Below are positions 11,048 through 25,100 of a stretch of DNA of 64,000 nucleotides, in pieces. Numbering within the stretch: position 1 is the stretch's first letter; the number at the start of each line of letters is the position of its first letter. This DNA is from Sphagnum compactum (lineage: Eukaryota): contig OZ234494.1 in assembly GCA_965153455.1 (NCBI GenBank), positions 12,152,001 to 12,216,000 on the forward strand. Reading direction: 5' to 3'. The position numbers and the translations under genes were made by a program. The notes beneath the pieces were generated by a model. It had not been told where the DNA came from, made no database searches, and saw only the letters and a list, made by a program, of their open reading frames with translations.

Positions 11048-14000
11048 ATGCAGGCGCTCTATGCAGCAGCGCCCGCGTGGGTAGCCTGTGGTAACAATGT
11101 TGTGCAGATGCAGAGACGAACGGAATCTGAATTGTCGGCGCGGGTGTCATGTGCGGCGGCGATGATGCCGGGGATGGGAGCTATGCGATCTAGCAGAAGT
11201 CATGGTGCCATATGTCGGGTTGGAATCGGGGAGAGAATGATGACGATGAGGAAAAGGAGTATGCAGGCGGAAGATTTACGGGATTTGCGTGGAGGTGGCT
11301 TCAGAGAAGCAGCCGCGGTGAGTAAGGAAGTGTTCGCTAGTAATGGTTTGAGAATACGGCGAACTGTGCGTCGCATTGGTGGGGAAATTCCTCTTGGATT
11401 GGGAATTGGGCTTAATGTTCGTGCACAGGCAGCGGCAGCAGCAGCAGCAGCAGAAGGTGGAGCTTTTCCCAGTCAGAATGCGAGCACTGTTGCTCCCAGG
11501 AAGTTTTTCGGTGTGGAGACTACTACTATCAAGAAGGTGCTGCCATTAGGGTTGATGTTTTTCTGCATTCTGTTCAATTACACCATCTTACGGGACACTA
11601 AGGATGTGCTGGTGGTGACTGCCAAAGGAAGCAGTGCTGAGATCATTCCTTTTCTCAAGACATGGGTGAACTTGCCCATGGCCATCGGGTTCATGATAAT
11701 CTACACCAAGCTCTCCAATGTTCTCTCCAAGGAGCAGCTTTTCTACTCCTGCATTTTCCCTTTCATCGCGTTTTTTGGGACCTTCGCCTTTTTCATGTAC
11801 CCATTGGTGGACATCTTGCATCCCACTGCATTTGCAGATTTTCTAGTACAGAAACTGGGCACAAGATTCTTGGGACCTATTGCTATTGTTCGCAATTGGA
11901 CGTTTGTGCTCTTCTATGTCATGGCTGAGCTGTGGGGCAGTGTAGTGGTTTCAGTACTCTTCTGGGGCTTTGCTAATCAGGTGTGTACTCTTCCTCCCAT
12001 CCCATCTACTGGTCATCTTGGACATTCACAAGCCTTACTAATGTAATGCTTGCTGTGTAGACTGCATTGTGAATGCTGACATGAAGTTGAGTCGTTCCGA
12101 ATGTTGCACTTTCAGTTGTGGACATACTGGTTGATGGTGTGGGAATGTCTGCAAAGTTATTCAGTTTTAAGTTTTGCGACAATCCAGGAGGCAAAAGTGC
12201 CATTGTGCTATTCACAATGCAATCCCAAAGTTCATGGAAGCGTAGGTTAGAATGGATACATTGAAAGAATGAGGGTCTTTGCTGTGGTGGAATTGATGCA
12301 TTGTCAGGAGGTTGCCTATTTTGTGTTTGGAGTTTATGTAAAGTATGTTCCATTCAGCATGCTCTGACCTCTTTCAGTCATGACCTAAGCTTTTGTAGTA
12401 TCAGCAAGGAATTTTGCAGAATTCAGCAGATTTCTGCAGGTTTTTTGTTAGGGTTCAGTAATTATGATTTTCCAAGAGAAAGATCACAACTATGCAACAG
12501 GTTGCTGGAGATGATAGAGTCTTAATCAACTTACCAAGACTGGGGTGTGTGTGTGGCAGATTACAACTGTCGATGAAGCCAAGCAGTTCTACCCTTTGTT
12601 TGGCCTAGGGGCCAATGTAGCTCTTGTGTTTTCAGGCCGCACAGTCAAGTACTTCTCAAAGTTGCGCACACAGTTGCCACCTGGGGTTGATGGGTGGGGT
12701 TACTCACTCAAGGGTATGATTGGGCTTGTTGTAATTCTTGGCTTTGCGATTGTGGGTATTTACTGGTGGGTCAACAAATATGTGGTGAATGATCCATCAC
12801 TTCCCAAGGCAGAGATCCGGAAGAAGGTTTGTGTTTCTTCTCTTTACTTTTGGAGATATCACATGCATCTGATCCAGAATTAGAATTTTAATTTTAGAGG
12901 TCCTGCTCCTCTGAAGAAACTCCATTATGTGAAAATTGCAAGAGCTCGGCACAGGAACTCCAACAGCTGAACTGCACTGTGTCTATATTCATATTCATCC
13001 TGCTATATGATGCACTGTCTTAATTCATTTTATATGGATGTGAATACTGAAGCTTGAAGCTTTTGTAGGTTGTTGTAAATCAACGTATGGGAGAAATTTT
13101 ATGCAGAGTTTATGTTATGCAGCTTTGAGTTTATAATCTTGAATTGTTATGGGGATATCAAGGTGGAGTCAATTTTGTGGAATATCTTGTTGTCCACTGG
13201 ATAATCAAGACCTTGTTGGTATGTGTATACATGTGTAGAAAGCCAAGCCTAAGTTGGGTATGGTGGAAAGTGCTAAGTTTTTGCTAAACTCGCGGTATAT
13301 TCGGGACCTTGCTACTCTGGTTGTTGCATATGGAATCAGTATCAATCTGGTGGAGGTCACATGGAAATCAAAGCTCAAATTGCAGGTGAGCCCTTACCTA
13401 CCACTATCAGGAGTCCCTTAGTCTTCTCCAGGTGTGGTGCACATTTTGTGAGGAGGTTTTGTCCTGTGTTGGACTGGCATAAATTGTGAAACACATCAAG
13501 TTTAGATTTTGATAACAAAGGCAAGGAAAGAGCGTTTGATGTGCTTCACGTATGTTCACCAGCTATGCTTCAGTCATAGCTGAAGCCACCAGTATGTGAA
13601 TTGAAAGATGTGTATCGTTGATAAGAGTCATTTGAGGTCTCAAGGGTTGTGCATGTTGCTGCATTATATTACTGCATATCCCTTTTTTGATCATGTGTCA
13701 GAGCATGAGGATGAACCTTTATCCTGGAACTTACGATTACTTTTCTAGGCTGAATCGTGTGCATACTTGTCATGATGAAAATGTGGCAGTCGCAGCCTTC
13801 TCACCAAAGCAAAGTCATCAACTTGAGTGGGTGCATCTTGGTTGTCTGTGCATCACCCCCCTAGAACCTGCTCATGCATGAACTGACACAATGAAGTCTG
13901 GTCTCTGTGTTGGTGCAGTTCCCGAGCCCCAATGAATATTCTTCATTCATGGGTGACTTTTCAACATACACAGGAGTGGCAACATTTATAATGATGTTAC

Positions 14001-15405
14001 TGAGCCGTTTCATTTTCAGGAAGTATGGATGGGGTGTGGCTGCAGCCATCACACCAACGGTGTTGCTAATTACAGGGGTTGCCTTTTTTGGACTGGTTCT
14101 CTTCAGTACTCCTCTCACTCCTGCACTTGCAGGCATTGGACTGACTCCATTGCTAGCAGCAGTGTACGTTGGAGCCCTTCAGAATATCTTCAGCAAGAGT
14201 GCCAAATACAGCCTGTTTGACCCATGCAAGGAGATGGCCTATATCCCCTTGGATGAGGACACCAAGGTATGTAGTTGAGCTAACATTCTGTGACTCAGAA
14301 TGGTCAAGATCTGCAATGTACCTCGTCTGGTATGAAGGATCAGATATTTGAGAAACGTTCTAGGGTTTTGATGGTGTTTCCCTTGAATCTTAAGGTAGCA
14401 AGTGGTGTTACCGACATGCCATTCATTTTTAAATGATGTTCTTGAGTTATCTCTGGATTAGTTGGTGCACAACCAGTGGCATGACAAGAGCAATCATGTG
14501 GGAGTGGACAAGAAATTTAGGCTTTTATGGAGAAGCAGTCAGAAGCTGTATCTAATCATGACTGCTTTATTGGTGATTTTATGCAGGTGAAAGGGAAGGC
14601 TGCCATTGATGTGGTGTGCAACCCACTTGGCAAGTCAGGAGGTGCTCTTATCCAGCAGTTTCTCATCCTGGGATTTGGATCATTGGCAGCCTCTACACCT
14701 TATTTAGGGGCGATTCTCTTGGTTATTGTATTGGCATGGTTAGGTGCAGCACGGTCGTTAGATGCCCAATTTACGCCTCTAGTCCAGAAAGATTTGAAGG
14801 GCAAGCTTCTGGAAGGCAAACTATCTGCCATCTCTGCTGCTGTCCTGGGGCAATCAAAGGCAAGGAAGGAGGTAAGGAATTTCTTTCTCACTGTGTGTCT
14901 TTGTCAAGGTTGCGATGTTTAGAGTTGTGCATTGTCATCAAGCACATGAGTTATGAGTTATATGAGGGAAAAAATGTGGGACTCAATAACCATATCTGCT
15001 CTGATCACTTGATCAGTGAAAGCTTGAAACTAACCGATGTGTGATTTGGTATATTGGAAAGGTGCTCTTTTAGACACAATTGCAATGTATTGAGTGCAAT
15101 CACGAAACAAACAAAATTTGTTTTCCTAAATCTTGCACTGTACTATTGTGCTGTGGAATGATGGAGAAAATTTGGGTTCCTGGGTGCAGGTGACTTACCG
15201 TTTTGTGAGTGTTCTCAATGAGCAAGGTTTCATTGAAGGACGGTATGTGCCCGTTGTTGATGGGCAGGCAGTGGCTGCTGTTGCACCTGCCCCTGTTGCT
15301 TCAACAACCACAAGTATAAGTTCAACCAATGGGGATGGCTCCACAGAGAAGCAAGGAGAGGGGGAGCGTGATATCCCTGCTTCAGAGGCAGCACCCATCA
15401 ATTGA
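11048..15405 (+). CDS. NTT: Plastidic ATP/ADP translocator (NTT/AATP, TLC family), 6 exons, ~731 aa
   Basis: Exons are 11048-11980, 12560-12826, 13239-13385, 13919-14266, 14587-14871 and 15190-15405; all introns are GT-AG, phase 0. Family motifs are FNYTILRDTKD, MAELWGS, FWGFANQ, INLVEVTWKS, SKSAKYSLFDPCKEMAYIPLD and KGKAAIDVVCNPLGKSGG. The N-terminus is Arg/Ser/Ala-rich and transit-peptide-like, with a poly-Ala tract. Confidence 0.96.
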
Positions 15406-16982
15406 GACAGTTTTGTGTGCATGCTGGTTGATACCCCTCACTCCCAGCACCTCACTCTGAGTGAAAACCATTCCTGGAATTAATCACATTATTTGAATCA
15501 GTCTGTTGGAAATAGTCAGAAATGAGTAGTGTGCTGTGAAATTTGCAGCTTGGGAATGCAGCAAGGTGTGAGTGGTTTATGCCTTGCTGACTCCCAATGG
15601 AAGATGAACAGATTGACAAGCAATGGGTCATTTGGGGGAGAGAGGCTGTGTATGTGCACTTCAGCAACTCCCCCCCCTCTTCTAGTGCACAGTGTACCAG
15701 GTTGTATGTCAGGCACTACAAATTTTTTATGAGTCTAGTATCTGTTATATTGGCCTCATTTCAGCAGTTTAGTTTTAAAGTAGTAGGTAGAGAGGTGACT
15801 TTGGCAGAGCTTGGTGTGATGTGGGGAAGGAAAGTCTCTGCGAGGCTTGAGCAACACATTATTAAGTTGGGTGCTTAGTGCATCCAGGTGTGGTCTTGGA
15901 TAAGTGTCCCACTTGAGAGTGGTGGACAGAAATGCAACAATATTTGTTGTAATTGGGAGCTTAGAAGTCTGGTGACTATTTGGAAAGGTAGTCATAATGA
16001 TGAATGAATAATATGGGTAGTTTGTTCACTGACATGAGATGGCTATTGTTGTGGCCACTGCATCTAATCATATTCAAATCATTGGGCAATTGGATCTGGA
16101 TGGGAGAGACAGATTGTCTTTTGCACTTGGTATCTTGGGCGGAAATTCTTGGATGTCAGGATGTAAGACATTCTTTATCGTAGAGGTGTCATGAATTTCA
16201 CATGCAGGTATACATTCAGGTTTGTTGTGTTTTTTCAAATTGTGTATGTTCATGAAATGTTGAAATGCAGGTGGTTCTTCACCATCTGAAATCTCAACAT
16301 TGAATTTATTCAACTAACTGCATCACTAGATGCCAATGGAATGGCTTTTTTGGTTTAGTAGTATTGTCCCATGGCTTGCATGGATAGCCAAGATTGAATA
16401 TTCTGATTGGTCGATGAAAGAATTAATGTCGGGTACCCCTGAATTCATTCAGAGTTTGTCTATTCCACTGATGTGTGCAACTATCCGACCTTATGGTTTA
16501 CCGCATGGAATTCCTGCCTGTAAGTGTTTTATATGTAAGATAATGCTTGTGAATGGGGAGTTCATAAAGTAAGGGCCACTGAGATGGCAACCAAGGAAGG
16601 AACTTGCACTGGGAATGTACCATCCAAGGTGTTATCCCATATAATGATCCATTGAGATTTTTAACTAAAAAAAACAATTGTGATACTCACTTGGTATCAT
16701 GGGAAAAAAATTCCAGTGGCAAAGAATCTTTCGTATGATCATCCATGGACCATTTCAAAGACAATTTCAAAAATAACTGCCTCATTTTCAAGCCTAACTA
16801 CTTCATTTCCTTTTTCATAACTTGGAAGAGATTCTGCCACAGCATTGGGAATTTTGTTGGCTATTTGCTAGACCTCACATTGTTCTTCCATTGTCCTCTT
16901 ATATTCTTTTATATGCAGGGGTCAAAAACCCTCTTGTTGAGTTAAGGATTATTGCTTGTCAAAAGAAATAGAATTCTAATAC

Positions 16983-17423
16983 TGTTGCAGAAACAAAATA
17001 CCCAGTGATGCAGATCTGGACACACTTCTAAAACAATATGATGCGAAGGGCAGAGACCTTAGAACAGATTAGGATACTGCGACTCTTCTGAAGATCACTC
17101 CAATTCTGTAGCAATGTGCGTGTGCTTTTCTGGACATGGATCAATTATGCTAGTCACAGATTTAGTTATCTTCCACAAGCTTGCCTTTGTAGAATCTGCT
17201 GAATGATCTTTTCATGTTGATGCCAAATCTTCAACTCCATCGTCTTTGACTATTTTGCCTCGATGATGCCTCAGCTGTTTACTTCTATCAAGTGGTGAGC
17301 CAGAAATTAGTAGTTTACAGGAGGTCAGTGATGGCTGATGTACAGTATTTATTCATTGTCTTTCCTGATCTGTTTACTTGTTGAGCCTTAGCTCTTTCGT
17401 CAATTGAATCTTGATTTTCTGCA
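16983..17423 (+). mobile_element. Putative 5' LTR of a Copia element
   Basis: A TGTTG...CA segment is followed directly by TGGCATCAGGG (17424), a degenerate tRNA-iMet PBS (consensus TGGTATCAGAG), and then gag. The left boundary is uncertain because no 3' LTR was found for comparison. Confidence 0.55.
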
Positions 17424-19760
17424 TGGCATCAGGGTCAAGTTTAAGAAGAATAAATGAGTCAGTAGAGTGCTAGTCAAGAGTAGTAAAGATGGCTCAAGCT
17501 CAGGTTAATGGTAAGGACATTTCTGTTGAAGAAAAGTAACAAGCTAGAAGGAGTCGTAAACTACAATGTTTGGTGACTCAAGATGAGAGCTATTTTGAGG
17601 AGGGAGAATCTTTGGGATATCATTGAAAATGTTGTAACACCTACTACATTTCCTACTATTGTCGGTGGTGTATAGGTGACAGAGTTGATGCTGTGAGACA
17701 TGAAGAATAAAGTGATTTTCTATCAGTCAAAGATAATTTGGTGGACACAATAGAAGAGTTCATTGACCCTGCTTTGGCTTTGGCATGGCAAACATTGAGG
17801 CTTCAATTTCAGTCGGGAGATGCATCACAAATCAACTTGTTGTTGTGCACAACAATTGCACAACATCAACATGAAGGAGGGCATTGAAGAATACATTTCA
17901 AAGGCAAGAGACCTCAAGAACCTCTTAGCTATGTTGGGAGAACCAATACCTGAGATGATCTTGGTAAACCTGTTGCTGAACAACCTCCCTCACAGTTATG
18001 AGGATGTTATTCAAAATCTATCCACTCTGGATGTGATGCCATCTTTGAGAGGACAAGTGCCAAGCTGATCACTAAGTACCATTGTATGAAGAGGAGGGAC
18101 CAGCAACTTGAAGATGAAGAAGCACTCATTGTGCAATATCAACATGGCCAAAACAATGCTGCTCAAGGAGCACGAGGGGCAAATTGAGGAGGCCGAAAAG
18201 GGAAGGCCTTGTTTACAAAAGTGTTGGAACATAAGGCCCAGAGAACCATCACATGTTTTGTTTGTGGCAAGAATGGTCATGTGGCCAAGGACTGTCTGTG
18301 ACCCGAAACTACTAGCTGACTCGAAGGAGAAAGAGAAGTCAACAAACTTGGTGGAGAAAAACAGTGATAGTAAAGGATATTCTGACAATGAAGAAGTCGT
18401 AGACTTTGCCTGGCACAATTTGACAATTGTATAAGTACAAGTCAAAATTGGTACTTAGACAATGGTGCATCCCATCACGTGACTGGTTTTGCACAAAATC
18501 TCACCAGTATAAAATCCAAAGTGAGAGACAAGGTGAGTTGTGCTAGGGAAGAATCTCACAATGTAACTAAGAAGGGAAGTGCCCATTTTGATGGAATAAA
18601 CACAACCAATGTTCTCTATGTGCCCAACTCTTAAGCGTAGGCTTGTGTCTGTAAAAGCGTTGACGTAGGTAGGGAATGTAGTCATGTTTGATGGGGATTC
18701 ATGTTGGATTGTAGACAACATGAAAATTAGAAAAATCATCAATGCAAGAGTCATAGATCCTATAAATGGTTTTGTATAGACTATGTAATAAAAAGGTCAA
18801 AACACATGTAAATTCAATTGTTGCAAAAAGCATAAACTCACTTGTGGCATAAGAGATATGGGCACCTCCCTTACTCAAGGTTGAAACATTTGTCAAAAGG
18901 TAGAATCATTGGCATGCCAAAGATATAATCTTTGAAAGTAGTTTGTGAAAGATGTTCAACAAGGAGACATCATCGTGAAAATTTTCCACCTATGAACAAG
19001 AATCATTCAAAGAATGTGCTACAACTTATTCATGTTGATCTAGGTGGTCCAATATTGAAGGAGCCTCTAGATTTATCAAAGTATTGCATGGTGTTCACAA
19101 ATGACTACTCTTTGAAAAAGTTGGGTCTATTTTTTGTGTGCCAAAAGTGAAACCTTTGATAAATTCAAGATTTTCAAAGAGTCGGTGAAATGTGAAATTG
19201 GGAAAAAGATAGGAGCATTAAAAAAAATTGTGGAGGGGAATTCACATTTACAACATTCAACGACTATTGTCAAACTCATAGGATCAAAAGACAACTAACC
19301 CAAGTTTTGACTCCACAATAGAATGGGGTGGGAAAAAGGGGTAATTGTACCATAGTTGAAAAGGCAAAGAACATGGTGTTTTCAAGTGGAATCCCATCAT
19401 TTCTTTGGTCTTAAACAATTAATACCTCGAATTATCTTGTGAACATAGGGCTTACACATGCAAACAAAAGCATCACTCCAAAACAAAAACAAAGATATAA
19501 CACTTGTAGAAGCCACATGTCAATCACTTGCGCATCTTTGGTTGTCTAACGTACATACATGTCCCAAAACAAGATCATGACAAAATGAATAGTAAAACAA
19601 ATAAGTTCTTGTTTATGGGATATGATGATAAGTCCAAAGTGTATAGATTATATGATCCTCATAAGAAATAAATCATTTTGAACATAAATGTGACATTTGA
19701 TGAAAATGAGATAGGATACAAACACTTAGATGAGGAAATACCACTATTAGAGGAAAAAAA
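17424..19760 (+). mobile_element. Degenerate Ty1/Copia gag-protease-integrase region
   Basis: Motifs occur in Copia order with many stops and frameshifts. They are gag NYNVW.LKMRAIL..ENLWDII and LLNNLPHSYE, zinc knuckle CFVCGKNGHVAKDC (18254-18295), protease WYLDNGASHHVTG (18449-), LWHKRYGH, integrase LIHVDLGGP...GGEF...TPQ*NGV, and HLRIFGCLTYIHVPK. Confidence 0.93.
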
Positions 19761-20579
19761 CTTATGGGGGAAAATAAATTGAGGGTGAACCACTTTTCAC
19801 CAAAAAAAAGTGATGTACAATGAGTATTATAATATATAGTATGCTAAAATTTTGACGACATCCTTTGACTATTCTAAACACAAGAAAAAACTTTTGAATT
19901 TGCATAACAATATTTTGGAATTCAAAGTTTATTTTGAATCAAAATTAATCTTGATCCAATGGTTAGATGAAGAGGATTAGATAAAATTAATTTACATCGA
20001 GTATATAACTAACAGTTTTTCAACGATCATAGGGTTTCATGTTTGTGGTTCGTGAAACATTGTCAAATAAAATAGGACAAAAAACTTAATTCAATTTTTG
20101 TATATGAAATCTCATCCTCTTTGATATGGTAGTGTATTTTCTTGAAAAAAATGAATATCATGCATGTATTGCTAAAAGAAAGCAAAAAAACACGTTTTTT
20201 GAATGGAATTTCATCCATTTTTTAAAATTTATAAATGGTTCTAGATTTAATTGATGTATATCAATATCATACACCATAAAAAAATTCACCAAATTTTTTC
20301 ACTCATGACATTAATTTTGAAGTATATATTCAAATTTTCAAATTCTCTGACAAATATTATTTTGTCACAAATATATCCCAATGTTCAAGTTCGTTTTTGT
20401 TTGTTAGATTTTAAAAATTAATTGGTTAGATTAAGTCCAAAGCTAATCAAATATATTAAAATAAACAAAAATAATCGAATATATGATGTCCATACCTTAC
20501 CAAAAAAATAATTACAGAAGGATTATACTTGTGACCCCAATTTTTGGGGGGCTTAATGTGTTTTCACCCTTGTTCCCAT

Positions 20580-21043
20580 TGGATAAAACACTTGGGAATT
20601 TTTTGCACGAAAGTCATCAATTTTGTTGAATGATGTTATTCAACAAGATGGATTGATTAACATGTTAGACATTTCAATTGATCATGAATTGTTGCATATT
20701 GTTGATCAACAAGCACAACAAGACCTAGGATCAAAAAGTCTTGCAATTGATCATTATCCAACTTGCGAACAAAGACCTTTAAATAATCATTGTGACTTTC
20801 AAATGTTTTTCGATGAAGACAAATTTTTTTGGATGAACAGTGAAAGATTTATGTTGAAGCAATACGACATGAAGGATGGGAGTTAGTCGTTTGACAAGAA
20901 ATGTAGTCTATTCAAATGTGTGGCACATGGAGATACAAAGAATTGCCTGAAGGCAAGATTCCAATCGGTGCCAAATGGATTTCAAGGCAAAGAAGGGAAT
21001 TTCAAGAAAATTGTTCAAATAAAAAAAAAGATTGGTGGCTCGT
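20580..21043 (+). mobile_element. Copia fragment 2: linker and start of reverse transcriptase
   Basis: GTWRYKELPEGKIPIGAKWI/FKAK...K*KKRLVAR at ~20920-21043 matches the N-terminus of Copia RT. The left boundary is approximate. Confidence 0.8.
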
Positions 21044-21046
21044 GAA

Positions 21047-21320
21047 ATTGTGATTGATGAAATGTCTATGATGATAAGTACTAATTTATATATGCAATTG
21101 AACAATGTTTAAAACAATCTTTGTAAAATGATGTCAACCCCTTGAATTCTACTTTAGTTTTATTAATTGGTGATTTATCACAACTACCATCATTATGTAG
21201 ACATTCATATTATGATCCGAAAAAATGTTGTACATGAGGTTACCATATATCTACAACATCATATTGATTAAATGCAACTCACCATCATTTTAATTCCTCA
21301 ATGAGACATGCAAATGATAC
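21047..21320 (+). pseudogene. PIF1/Helitron-type SF1 helicase fragment
   Basis: IVIDEMSM (motif II), LVLLIGDLSQLPS (motif III) and SMRHAND (motif IV-like) occur in the correct order and spacing, with internal stops. Confidence 0.8.
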
Positions 21321-21751
21321 CACCACATCTTCAAACTAAATTATGATCAAAATCAAGATTCCTTGAATTCCATCCTCTTGACATCTATAAGTGTGGACCT
21401 TGTAATTTTGAAAATATGAGAATTTATGAATATTTCAAAAAATTTAAATAAAACAAAATGATGCATCCCTCCTTGAACAATATGGAAAAGATAGTCTATC
21501 ATTTATATTTTATAAAAGTGAAAAATTGGTAAGAGTCACGTATTTCCATTTTATTCACAATAGTGAAAGTTTGTTTTATATTGTGTTATTACAAAAATAC
21601 CTTTTGAGGTGAAAAGAATTTACTTTCAAAACATAACATCCATCAATCTTATCTACATGAATGTTAAATTTGAGGTTTATTACCAAATCCTGAATTCTTA
21701 CAAAGGTTTTTTCATTAATATTCAACACAAAATTAATTTAAAAATTTAAAA

Positions 21752-21776
21752 ACACACACACACACACACACACACA
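21752..21776. repeat. (CA)n microsatellite
   Basis: Run of about 12 AC units. Confidence 0.9.
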
Positions 21777-22007
21777 ATTATATAATAAAATTTTAGAATT
21801 GCACCCATATTTAGATCCAAAATATAACCAAGTATCAAATCCATCAAGGTTTATCATCTTGAATTTAGAATATCAAGATTCTCATATTAACTTTCCTCAT
21901 CATATTTTCAATGATTCCAACAATTAGCAAGCATTGATTTCAATGACACTTTTGCCCCAATTGTATATTAGACTATTATCTGATCCATGGTTGTTTTGGT
22001 AACATGA

Positions 22008-22180
22008 CAAAATTGGGACATTCGACAATTGGATGTCAAGATTGTTCTTTTAATGGGAACATGGAAGAAGAGGTGTAAATGATAGTACTTAAAGGTTTTG
22101 AGAATGTATAATTAGTCGCAAAGGTTTGTAGACTTGTTAAGGCTTTATATGGCCTCAAACGAGCATTAAAAGCATGGTAG
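22008..22180 (+). mobile_element. Copia fragment 3: reverse transcriptase core piece
   Basis: NWDIRQLDVK.../NGNMEEEV*M...KVCRLVKALYGLKRALKAW matches the Copia RT motifs QxDVKTAFLxG and LYGLKQ. Confidence 0.85.
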
Positions 22181-25100
22181 TCATGAATTGACGACAATTT
22201 GAAAATTAAAGTTTGTTGGCAATGTCTTCAACACTTGAAAATAAAATAATTTTATATGCATTTGGTGACAACTTGAAATTATTATGAAAATATCCTTTTT
22301 TGGAGGTGGTGACGAAAGTCCTTGCATATTAAATAATAATGACAAACTTTGAATTTGTTCATTTATGTGCATGGATTGAAAACCTTTATGGGTACTATGG
22401 TTTTCAAGCATGTTTTTAACATTTGATGACAATATGCACATAATTTGTTTTTGTTTATTTATTCACACATGGTAAAATATGATTTGAATAATGGATTGGT
22501 ATTCATGTTTTGTGAAAAAAATTGGCATTATAATTTATTCATTACTTCATCTCAAGTAATTGTTTTTCCCAATATACCATCCCAACTAAGTAAAGGACAA
22601 TTTTAAAGATTTTTCCACTCATTTGTCCTATATTAAAACCCTAATGTATTCTTCAATATGTAAACCTGTGCCAAGAAATGACAACAATTACATGTGTAGG
22701 ATGGATAAATAACATTGAACTCATATAATTTGGAGGATGAAAAAAAAGTATGAAGTTTTGTATGAATTATATTGTTGTTTATCGCATTTTGTGCATATAG
22801 GCATTAAATTTCCATTTTCATATGTAATATATTCAACCATTATACAACTAGCAATTCCATTTGGCATACACCCACAAAAGAGAGATTGGATTCGTTGTAG
22901 GCAATTCCTTTTTTTTGAAATTGTGATGACTTAATTTTACAACACCACGTAATGCACAACAATCCATTTTGGAAAAATATTTGGAATCAAACTTGTTTGA
23001 TCATTAAAAAGTTAATTCCCTTGAATGGCAACTATGATTATATGGTCGATATTTTTGAACATGTTTTCTAGTTACAAAATCATAAACATGTTGCTTGTAT
23101 CTCATGTTGATGGATATTAATGTATTTTTCAAATGTTCGAGTTTTGTACAAAACCACAAAACCAACAATATATAAATAACATGTTAATAAACATGTAATA
23201 AATAATTAAATTATTTTTTTTAAAATTCAATAGCCTTTACCATTAAACTTTAAATATAAAATTTAAAATAATAATTTAAAGTTAAATTAATTTTTAGTAA
23301 ATCAGGTATTATTCATCTTACATATTTTATCACATATCATTTACATTAAGTCTAAATTTAACACTACAAAGCCATATTATTAATTACACCATGTACTAAT
23401 ATTAGTATAATTTTCCTATGTTGCCTAACATTGAAAAAAAACCTTCAATGGGTATACAACTTATCACTTGTGAATTCACCATAGATTCGCTATTGCTTCA
23501 CAAATAATATACCTATTACATCATAAAACAATGGATTTGTTGCTCATTGCAAAAATTGCTTCCTTAAACATTGCACTTTAAAAGTGACAACATGCCATTT
23601 TTTCAACTTAGTGGCATGTTACTTTGTAAAGCCACTTTAGTGGCTTGTGATCACTTCTGCCTTTGAAAATTCCACAAATCAAGAGAGTTGCAAATTCACT
23701 TGTCTTTGCCTTTTCTGCTCCTAGGCGTTTGCCTTGGGTTTTTTTTTTCACACACAAACACTTATTTTTTATGGTTACACCTTTCTTAATAACAAAATTG
23801 CTAAGGCTTTTAACTATGCAACAAAATGCATTCTTTGACATTCCAACTCCATGCAACAATGTTGACATGACGTTTTTCACACCTCATGAAGCACAATTAC
23901 AACAACACCCAAGTTTTTCAAATGAACTAGTAATCAACAACAACATAAACAAGTGTATAGACGGGTTATATTGTGAATAAAGTAAGAAGGGAAAAAAAAA
24001 AAAAAACAATAATGAAATTCTATAAATTAAAGATTAGTTCTATTGTAATCACATTGAAAGTGAAAGCGAAAGCTTGTTGTAGCATAGAGAGACCTTGGAA
24101 ACCAATGTCAAAAATCGAAAGCCATAAACCCACCAACAAAATGTCTAGATCATGCAACAACATGATAGACACAAATTTCAAACCACATGTTCCAAAACTA
24201 CTTGTCATTGCATGGGGATGGTCTCATGCTTTCTATAAGTCATTGATGCCTTTGCATATCAACTAGTAATCTTGAAATTGCTATGATCATGAACTCCATG
24301 ATCGCTATAGTTGCACATTCTTCAACTTTCTATAGTACACCACAACTTCATACATGTATTTCCAATTTTATATTCATATATAACTTACATGTTTGTTATG
24401 TTTGATGAGAAATTTCTTACATACAACATACACCATCTAATGATGTGGAATTGCAATTACACATCATTAACATTTAATTGTGATAGATCTTGAGTGGTAA
24501 AAACATTATGAACAATCCTTTGAAGGTCACAACAATCACTTCACAATTGTAAAAACCATGTTGTACATGTAGACAAGTAATAGATTAAATAAAAACTACG
24601 TGTCGATTGAAGTAAACTTCACATGCAAGGAAATATGCAACAAATGATTGATGACATGATGCATGCAACATATCACTTCTATTAATTGTAAAAACATACT
24701 TAACTTTTACCTTGTTGCAATGTCACTTGTTCATCATGTTGTTTTTGGTGTTTGAGAAATCCTCTTTGACTTGTTGTATTGGAGTTGTACTCACATCATC
24801 CATTTCTTAGCTATCAAGCTTATCACACCTATATACCAAAGTATACCTTCTTGAAGATCTACAAGATGAATTTGACATTCCAAAATACTTGATTGAAGTG
24901 CCAAGAGAACAATACATTTTTTCTCATGATTTTTTTGCCAAAGCCATGTTTTTCTTTTGCTTACACTTTGAAGTACTCTTCTATAGCAATGGAAAGTTCT
25001 TCTAACCTTTTTTGGACTTTTGTATGTGTAGTTATGCTTTGACCTATTCGGCATAGACAACAAGCTGTCTTATTTACACAAGTGAAAGTTTTCAATCCTC

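Noticed and set aside
10719..11094. ORFs overlapping the NTT leader
   Set aside because: Translations of a CT-rich promoter/5' UTR with no coding signature.
19783..20569. MITE with GGGTGAA...TTCACCC termini inside the Copia element
   Set aside because: Only 7-8 bp match perfectly and there is no convincing TSD. It is probably an insertion but cannot be classified.
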